25,530 nucleotides of DNA from Proteromonas lacertae (taxonomy: Eukaryota). The notes beneath the pieces were generated by a model that worked only from the letters and a program-made list of their open reading frames with translations, was not told the origin of the DNA and did no database searches. Positions 11,154-20,200 of the stretch are shown here, in pieces (position 1 is the first letter of the stretch; every line of letters begins with the position of its first letter). Where the stretch lies: positions 186,001 to 211,530 of the forward strand of contig NGBS01001168.1 in assembly GCA_002245135.1 (NCBI GenBank), written 5' to 3'. A program made the position numbers and the translations under genes.

Positions 11154-12302
11154 TGCAATAATTATTATATATATAGCATCAGAATTTGAATCTTTATTAG
11201 AAGATTCTGGTTTTACAAATGTGTTAATAAATGGTAATGCTCATCCTCATCATGAATTACCTTCTGATTTTATTACTCGTCCTGATGAAAGACCAATACA
11301 TCCACTTCATTCTAATAGTAATGTAATATCATCATCACTGAATGATGCGTTTATTGATAATTCGCCAATATTGACTGAAGATGATCCAGAAATACAGAAA
11401 GCTAGTATATTATATATATATATACATATATTGTAAATAGTTGAAGAATCATTAAAGCAAGATTACAAAACTGATTTACCTCCAATTGATTCTAAACCAG
11501 TTTCACTTGTAACAGGACCTACTCCAGGTACTAAAAGGAATAATGCTGTTGCTAAATCAAAATATGATGAATTCAAACAATCACCATCCTTACCTCAACA
11601 ACCACCTCCACAGCATCCAATGCCAACACGTAACAGTAAGCCACCAATAACATCATCATCATCTCATAGTAATTATTTACAACAAACAGCAGCATCTAAA
11701 AAGAGAGTTTCATCATCATCTAAAAGAGATGTAACAAATGTAACCTATCAACCACCTCCACCACAATCATCATCTTATACAACAAAACCAACAACAGCTA
11801 ATGGTCCAAAAACACCATTAAAAGATAAAAATATGAAAGCTAGACCAAGAAAAGCAAGTAATTCTGGTGTTAGTGGAGTTAGTAGGGTTGAATACATTGA
11901 TTCAAAATCTAGCTGTAAAGAATGTGGTAGATGTTTTGACTCTCAAGTAGAATTGGATAGACATGTTAAAACATTTCATGCAGTCAAGAGTACTAATAAT
12001 AAGAAACTTCCTCTACGACAACAGCAATCATCTAATCCAATATATAGCACACCTCCTACTAGAATTACTAGTAGTAAATCGTATAATAAAGGACCAACCC
12101 CATCTAGTGATTCAGTTAACCCACCTCCTGCTGTACGTACTACACATTCACAATCTTCTTCAAACCTAAACTCTTATCACAATGAAGTAGTGTATGACGA
12201 AGAAGATCCAGAATTACAAATGGCTCTACAAATGTCTTGTATAATTATATTTATTTGTTATTTTATTATATAGTGGAAGAGAATGGTATGGGTTTTAAGT
12301 AA
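9464..12302 (+). CDS. UFD1-domain protein with TRAF/XAF1-type zinc fingers, one C2H2 finger and two ubiquitin-interacting motifs (multi-exon)
   Basis: UFD1 domain: GDKIIMPTSILEEI..PYMFKI..YCGVLEFT..VFMPEWMMKNL..FLENLLRTYTILSTGEKI..CSIVDTDIEVIF. Fingers: CKYC..HDLHC, CPKRKEICPYC..HIEICGSRTEKCGFC..HINSGC, and CKECGRCFDSQVELDRHVKTFH. UIMs after splicing: EDDPEIQKAIEESL and EEDPELQMALQMSL. Stop TAA 12300-12302. Confidence 0.85.
11121..11148. repeat. (TA)n microsatellite inside an intron
   Basis: About 14 TA units directly after the GT donor. Similar tracts occur at about 2617-2637, 3103-3129 and 10582-10598. Confidence 0.85.
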
Positions 12303-12428
12303 TTAACAAATATAATTATTATTTTTCAGTTTCTAATTGTTGATTTTGAAATTGTTAACTCATTTAGATGTTTAATATTTGATAACCAATCATATCTCAT
12401 CATTTAACAAAGAAATTGTAAATTGTTG

Positions 12429-12437
12429 AAACGACTA
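12429..12437 (-). promoter_or_regulatory. Candidate promoter motif, reverse orientation (AAACGACTA)
   Basis: 23 nt before LSG1 ATG 12461. Confidence 0.55.
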
Positions 12438-12460
12438 TTTTTTAGAATTATTTTATCATC

Positions 12461-14005
12461 ATGCCAAAAAAAGACAAAAGTGGCCTTGGTAGAGCTTTAC
12501 AAAAAGCTAAAATTAGTCAAAATCTTCTGCTAAAAATCATTGGGAGAATAAAACGTATAAGTGTCAGTGTTTAATTGATTTAGTCAAGCTAAAGAGAAAA
12601 ACCTACAGTCAGTTATAGAAGCAAATTCACTTGTATGAGATTGGTGTTTTAGTTAAATAGGATTCATTTCTAGAGATGGCAGAAGCTTCAGAACGTGATT
12701 TTACTGCTCAAAAGGGTTTAGTTATAGTTGATCCAGCTGTAGCTCACGCATCTGGGTATGTTTTCTATTTAATATCATGTAATTATAGTGAAGATGCTCA
12801 ATCTTCAATAGCCGATGTAAAGCCACTTAGAATTCCTCACAGACCTGCTTGGAATAAAGAAATGACAGGTGAAGAATTAGATAAAATAGAAAAAGAATCT
12901 TTTTTGAATTGGAGAAGAGATCTTGCTCTTCTAGAAGAAAAATCCTTAGAATCGTTTGTTACACCCTATGAAAAGAATTTAGATGTATGGAGACAACTGT
13001 GGAGGGTAGTTGAAAGAAGTGATGTGATTGTTCAAATAGTAGATTCTAGAAATCCTTTGATGTTCAGATGTCCTGATTTAGAAGACTATGTTCATGAAAT
13101 AAATGATAAAAAGCGTTGTTTGTTAGTAATAAATAAAGCAGATTATCTATCTGAAGAATTAAGGCAAAAATGGTCATTATATTTCATACAGCACAACATT
13201 CCCTGTGTATTTTTCTCAGCACACAATGAACAAGAAATATTAAATAATATTCCAAGTACAGAAGAAATCTCATTTGAAACTACATCTATAGAGACAACAG
13301 TAGATTGTATAATCTATAAATATAAAAATTTATTATAAATAGATGGTACATCAACTGATATAAATACGAGATCAACAATATTAAATCGTTTACAGATATT
13401 ATCCTATTTCTCCTATTATTCTCAAACAATATACGATAGAACAGAAAGTCATAAATCCACTATAGGTATGGTTGGTTATCCAAATGTTGGTAAAAGTTCA
13501 TTAATCAATGTATTATTGGGAGTTAGAAAAGGTATTCATGGCAGAAGAGTAGCTGTAGGACCAACTCCTGGTAAAACGAAGCATTTTCAAACAATGGAAT
13601 TAACTGATACATTGACATTGTGTGATTGTCCAGGTTTAGTATTTCCTTCATTTGTTAAAACAAAATCTGATATGTTATTAAATGGAATATTGCCAATTTC
13701 TCAATTGAGAGATTGTAGACGTATATATATAATATTTATAATAATTAGCACCGTTACAAATATTAGTTCATTTAATAAAGAGAGAAACATTTAGGAAATT
13801 ATATAATTTAAAGTTACCAATATTGTTAGATGATCCTTCTGAAGAGTATGTAACAGTTGAACAGTTAATGGATGAATATTGTACACAAAAAGGATATATG
13901 GCTCAAACACATAGTGGAGTAGATTTACCCAAAGGCGCAAGATGTATTTTAAAAGATTTTGTTTTAGGTAAATTATTATATTGTTCTCCACCTCCAGAAG
14001 ATTAA
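12461..14005 (+). CDS. LSG1: Large-subunit GTPase 1 (circularly permuted GTPase, 60S ribosome export)
   Basis: GLGRAL, LQSVIEANSLDSFL, LRIPHRPAW, TPYEKNLDVWRQLWRVVERSDVIVQIVDSRNPL, NKAD (G4), GYPNVGKSS (G1), TPGKTKHFQT, DCPG (G3), ILKDFVLGKLLYCSPPP. The exon 1/2 phase is ambiguous (see findings). Confidence 0.95.
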
Positions 14006-14072
14006 ATTATTTCATTTTATTACTTCGTTGTTTATTATTTCTATATTTTTGATGAAAATATTTTGAGAAATG

Positions 14073-14081
14073 AAACGACTA
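14073..14081 (-). promoter_or_regulatory. Candidate promoter motif, reverse orientation (AAACGACTA)
   Basis: 22 nt before ATG 14104, followed by the inverted repeat TTTCAAAC-AC-GTTTGAAA (14086-14103). Confidence 0.5.
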
Positions 14082-14103
14082 AATATTTCAAACACGTTTG
14101 AAA

Positions 14104-15230
14104 ATGAATTTCTTAAATTCTTTTCTAGAAGATGTATTAAGCTCATTTTTACCATGTGATTCACAAGTATTTTATTTGTTTATTTAGTTCTGCGAAGTTA
14201 ATTTAGTTCTGCAACACAAAAAATGATGATAAAATAGAATAAATATGTGATGGAGATAATGTTATAAAATATGTGATTTATTTTTAAATGAGTTAAGAAA
14301 GGAAGATGTAAATACAGTTCAGAAGTGAAATATGATGATTTGATGAAAGAGAAAATAGAATGAGTTGAAAAAGGTTAAAACATTATTTCTTCACAATATT
14401 TAAGCTAATTAATCCAATAAATCTTATATTTAGTATAATTCTATTCATTTTAATTCATTTAGATAGAATAAATATTTCTATCCAATATCAATCATTATTC
14501 ACATCATGTGTTAATCAATTAACAAGTGTACAAGTGAAGAATTGGTATAATACATCATGGACAAATGAAGAATTGGAATATTATAAAGCTTATTGTATTA
14601 AAAAGAAAAAATAAGTAAGTTTCATTAACAAAGTAGGATTTGATCTTAATGTAAATGATTCTCATATTTTGTTAATAACACAGATAGATTATGAAAAACT
14701 TGATATATCCAATAGTCACATTACTGCATAAGGATTAAAAGAATTGACAGATTATTTGCAGAAAGATTCAGAGCATATTTTTATATATAATAATCCAACT
14801 GGAGATGAAAGAATGGAGATCATATGTAAGTATATAGATAAATTTGAAGAGATGATAAAAATTTTCCATTATTATTAAATCTATCATGTATTTATTAATC
14901 AACTATATCTATAATAGATGTTGGAATGAGTAAAATAGAATTTAAACTAATAATAGAAAGATAATACTATCAGGAAATGATTCAAATGAAAAAGAATTAA
15001 TATCAATGAAAGAGAACAGAGAAATATTTGATTATTTAGAAGAATTGTCAATATCAGTAAAAGAAAATGTAGATAAATCACAATTAAAATCATTTTTACA
15101 AACATTCTCAACTATTGGGTTAATCATATTGAATGGAATAGAAGAAGAAGAAAATACAGAAGGAATATTTGAATGTGATAATAAACATTTTATCTCTTCT
15201 ATTTTATTTTTTAGTTTTATTTCGAAGTAA
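14104..15230 (+). pseudogene. Degenerate RNI-like leucine-rich repeat gene
   Basis: ATG 14104 follows the promoter motif. Readable fragments YEKLDISNSHITA*GLKELTDYLQ, IFIYNNPTGDERMEIICKYI and IILSGND..YLEELSIS are RNI-type LRR units. They are interrupted by in-frame TAA (e.g. 14729-14731) and frame changes that I could not remove with GT-AG introns. Boundaries are approximate. Confidence 0.55.
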
Positions 15231-15309
15231 GAAACAAGCATAAGAAGTTAAGAAAAAAAATATTTAGCCAAATTCTATTATATATAATATTAGTTTAATA
15301 TTATCGCAA

Positions 15310-15340
15310 TAATCACATATTAATCACATATTAATCATAT
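15310..15340. repeat. Short tandem repeat TAATCACATAT x2 plus a degenerate third copy
   Basis: TAATCACATAT TAATCACATAT TAATCATAT in intergenic DNA upstream of the HMG-box gene. Confidence 0.6.
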
Positions 15341-15594
15341 CATTAGTTCCTATATGTTATTTCTGTGTTGGTGTTGCTGTACAAATTCTAAATGAAAATC
15401 ATGAAATATAGCAGGTTAAATAGAATAAATATAAATAATTATTGAATATATTGTATGCGTTGCAAAATAATCCACAAAGTTAATAAATATTCACTTTTGG
15501 CTTAATATGGAAGGTCAAAACAATTTTTTATTCGTTAAATAAAATTGTCATATAAACTTAGCCTCACTAAAATTTTATTTATTACTTTTTCATC

Positions 15595-17048
15595 ATGAAT
15601 TCAATCTTGATAAATATACAAATTAATCAAACAGTTGATTATCAAATATTATACTCAGATTTAAGCGAAGATCATACTAAGGATCAAAATGTTTACATCG
15701 ATTCTAAAGAACGAGTATGTTAGAATGATTGCTATTGTATTTTTATTTAGATTATTGTAAATGAATCAAAAACTATAGGTATTGGTCATAATGGGATATT
15801 CATCGTGATAATTAAAGAAACAACAGAAAATACATTATTAATATCAGATGGATCTATTCATTTCGAGTTTCTTAACAAGCAAATCAGTTATGAAAACTAT
15901 AAATTCAAATGTATATCTAAATTTTTACATCGATTTAGTAAAATCACAAACCTATAAGTTTAATTTTACTATAATTGCATCTGATGGACAAAATGTTCAT
16001 ATGATAGAATTTAATTCATTTGAACAAAAATATGATGATTATGATTTATCTTCAACTTTGCATTATATTTCTTATAAAGACATAAACAAGAATCCAACCG
16101 ATAATCTTAAGAAAATATGGTCATTACTGATAAACAAGATTGAAGGAAACACTAACAAATCAAAAAAGATGATAGAAATAATAAATAATGATATATTTAA
16201 TGAAAAGAATAACAATTATAAAATAATTGTTAAGTCTGAATTAAACAATATAAACTACTATCGTTACACCTTAAACAATATGGAAATAAATATTATCAAC
16301 GATTTTATATTAAAAGATGTTGTTCAAGAAAAATCTAATGATTTAGTTAACAAAACAATACCATTAGCTATTAAACTAGTATCTCCACCACTATGTGCTT
16401 ATAATGCATTTTCAAAATATTCAAGAAATGAAATAATACAAAAATATTACAATGGTAATTCAAAAGATAAGAACAATATAAATAGAACAATTGGTAGACT
16501 ATGGAAGAAGATGCCAATCTTTCAGAAACAAAAGTATACATATCATTATAAATACTTCTCTTAATAGATATGAAGAAATTTCTAATTTAGATAAGATTAG
16601 GTATTATCTAGAAAATCAATTATATGTTGATGAATACCCATATTTAGTATATATACCACCTCCACTTGGATATGAAGGCTTTCTAGAGAATAAAATATAT
16701 TTAAATAAAGATAAACAAATTGAATCAAAGAAAAGAAATAGAATATCAGAATACAACTTCTGCATCATAAAGAATCAAAAGAAACGCAAAATAGATTATA
16801 GTTTACCAATAAATAATTCCATAACATATACGAATGAAGAACAAAATGATAAAGATATAAAAACAAAAAACGATCAATTATCACTATCTAATGAGATAGA
16901 AACTTCTATAAAGCTAGAAGAGGGAAATATCAATGAAGATAACAAATTCTCTATCGATGCTGATATAATAGACAATGTTTATCTTAACATAAATTCATTA
17001 TTATCTGATATTAATTTCTATTCATCATTTAAATATTTGATTGAATAA
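15595..17048 (+). CDS. HMG-box protein (single HMG box, long unrecognised N-terminal region; 4 exons)
   Basis: ATG 15595; three short introns join the frames. PPLCAYNAFSKYSRNEII..NINRTIGRLWKKMPIFQKQKYEEISNLDKIRYYLENQLY fits the HMG-box consensus (P.RP.SAY..F....R......I...LG..WK.L...EK..Y...A..DK.RY..E...Y). Confidence 0.85.
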
Positions 17049-17241
17049 TTAGAGTATATACTATTATTATTGTATATATTTGTTTTGATTTTGTTTTGTA
17101 ATTACTTTTAGAGAAGTAAACCATTTCGATACTTCACTTTAATCATAATATATTTTATATATTTTTGAAATTATCACCAAACAAGTACATAATAAACCAG
17201 CATTTACAAATATACTAATTCTAATACACTATATTAATACA

Positions 17242-20200
17242 TTGATTGAAGTAATAAAATCCAATCCCTCAAATTCATTATATCTAGGTTTAATAGAATC
17301 ATCAGAAATAGAAGAAATAGGAAAATCCTTAAAAGAAAAAGATTCGTTATTGTTTAATATTGGATTTGCTAAACCTGAAAGTTGTGATTCAAACATAATT
17401 CATATGAATAGTTATCTAACCACATATATGTTACAGATAATGTTGAATATTCGAAAACAATGTGTTAGCTTCATTGTATTATACAATAGTAATTCTATGG
17501 ATAGTGTATATTCATCTGAATTCTTTAAGAAAGAGTTAAACTTTTATAATATATCTCATTCTTACTTAATCAATATAAATGGAAATGAAAGTATAAATCA
17601 ATTCATATCAACAAACCAAAGATTGATAATTCAACCAAATTGTTTAATCAATTTCTTAGATGAAGAATTAACATCCAATTTGATAGAAAGTGTAAAAGAT
17701 AGTATAAGCAATAAAATCACATTAGTCAGTTTTCATGTGAAATACTTCAACTATCCCTACTATCCAAATATTGATCATATTATAGTTAGTAATTATAATC
17801 CATTTATTGAAAGTGAATTGTTGAATAAAATAAAGAATGGAAAAGAAAGAATAATAAGTCCATATGTGTTATATGGATATATGTCAGCTAAGTATATAGT
17901 TAATGCTTATAGATCAATAAGCTCTTCGGATTCAATAAGTGTAAATGTGTTATTAGACAATGTTAATGATATTGAAATATTACATGCTTGTAATGTAAAA
18001 GTGAAAGTAAATGAAGCTCATTATTTAGAACAACCATTATATATGTTATTACATCTTTCTGATGGTTATAATTTTGAAGAATATGTTGTATCAACAATAC
18101 ATGTTTATGCAATTCCCTATTCTCCAAGAGATGGTTTAGTTTGTTCATTTAGTAAAAACAGAATAGAAATCAGTCCAATAAAATTTGGTTTTATATATAG
18201 TTTAGATGATTTAGATTCTGATGGATTTACAGTATTTTTAGATGAGATAATATCATTAAATCATTTGAAATATAAATATGATTTTAATAACAAAATAGGT
18301 GTTGAATATTATATATATAATGTAGAGAATAATCAATTGTTGTGTAATAATGGAATGGATTTTATGATAGAAAAAGAAGTAGAATATTTACTAACAAGTA
18401 ATAAATATTTATGTTTTGATACAATAGTAACTCGAATAGAAGAATATCCAAATATGTTATACTTTTATAATGATAATTATTTTGGTAAAATATGTAATAA
18501 ACAAGTATTTTTCACAATATTAATTCCAGATCAATATTTTAATCAAATAATCAATTATATTAAGAAAGATTCAAAGTGTTTTTATTTATTCTATTATTCT
18601 TATGATGTAATATCAAATGAATACTTCAAAATAATGTACAAATTGTTGAAGAAATATCCAGAAGAATTAACAATAAAACCTGTTGATCTTAGTTCTTATG
18701 AAGAAGTAAATGCATATAGTATAGTAAGGGAAGTATATACTGAAGAAGGATTTTCCATCTTATTTTTAAGAACAAAAGATGATATATCTCAGTTTACATT
18801 ATCTTTAAAAGTCTTATTTAATAGTGAAATAATATCAATTCCAATAGATACAAATAATAACTATGAAATTTTGAATAGTGGTTTGTATAATTATATGTAT
18901 TATGTTTCATTCTATCGTTTTAATGATATAATTGATTCAATGAAAATAACACAAGAGTATTATAAAACTAATGGTGAAGAATCTTACAGATTATATTATC
19001 CTTATTCATCACTAGAAATAATATTTGAAGCAATTAAAGAATTAAATGCACAAGATATCCATAATAGAGAAAAGTTTTATGAAGTAATCTATACGAAAAC
19101 ATTTACATCATTCTCAAAAGAATTATCTTTCAATGCAAATAATTACATTCGTAGAAAATTTGATTTAACAGAAAAGTTTAACACTATTATTGAATATAAA
19201 GTCTATATAGAACCAATCATAGAAGATAATTTACAATGTAACTTTTTTACTTCTAAACAAGATATTGTTGATGTATATCTGTTGATAGATTCAAATGACG
19301 TTGATATATCCTTAATAATGTTCAGTGAGTTATTATTCAATTATCTAAGCAGATCTAATGATAGTAATGTAATATTTGTTCCTTATGTTAAAAGAATGAA
19401 TGAATCGTCAGAATGTGTTAATCTTATAAATGAATTTTTATCTGATTCTTCTTATGACTTGATGATATTTGTATCTCCAAAGATGTTATGTTCTGATTTT
19501 ATTTACAATTCTTCATTAAAGAATGAAAACCCAATATTTGTCTTATCTGATAGAATAAACAATGAATGTTCTGAGAATGTATATGTAAATGGTTTATTTC
19601 CAGAAGTATATCTTAATGATCGATTTGAATATTATACTCGACAGTACAGTTTTAGTACCTATGGTAAAGGACTGTTCTTTATAGATCCAAAATATGCTGA
19701 TTATTATAAAACTGTAGATGATTTATCAAATCATTATGATGTAAATATAGTTTATAAGCAATATGATAGTGATTTAGATAAATTTAGTTTAAAATGGGAA
19801 AATATTGCAAATAATTCTGTTCATGGTGGTTTATATTATATTTTCTTTGAACAAAATGATGAAATAAAAGAACTATTCTTGGAAAAAGTGAAAAATATTG
19901 AAGATATTTATCAATCAACAATAATAGTTATATCTAGTTTTACTCATCCTCATTGTTCAAATGTATTTTTTAGTACAGTAAACAGTGTTCCAATAAAAAG
20001 AATAGAAAATAATGAATTGTCAAAGCTTTATTATTTGTTATTAGATGATATACATAGCAAAGCTGTATTAGATCCAAGTGTAGAAGATTATAGTATATCT
20101 TCATTATTCTCAACCATGTTAATAATATGTAAAGCAATGAAAATATCAGATAGTTGTGATTATAACACATATAGATCATATTTATATGAAAGTATAGTAA

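Noticed and set aside
14519..14550. Homeodomain-like peptide LTSVQVKNWY
   Set aside because: It lacks the following F.N.R residues and the upstream helices, and lies within the decayed LRR region.
14600..14960. TAA reassigned to an amino acid (alternative genetic code), suggested by in-frame TAA in LRR remnants
   Set aside because: All conserved genes in the window lack internal TAA/TAG after splicing and end on TAA or TAG, so pseudogene decay explains it better.
1..17048. Stop codons created by polyadenylation
   Set aside because: Every intact gene I reconstructed has a genomically encoded stop at a plausible position.
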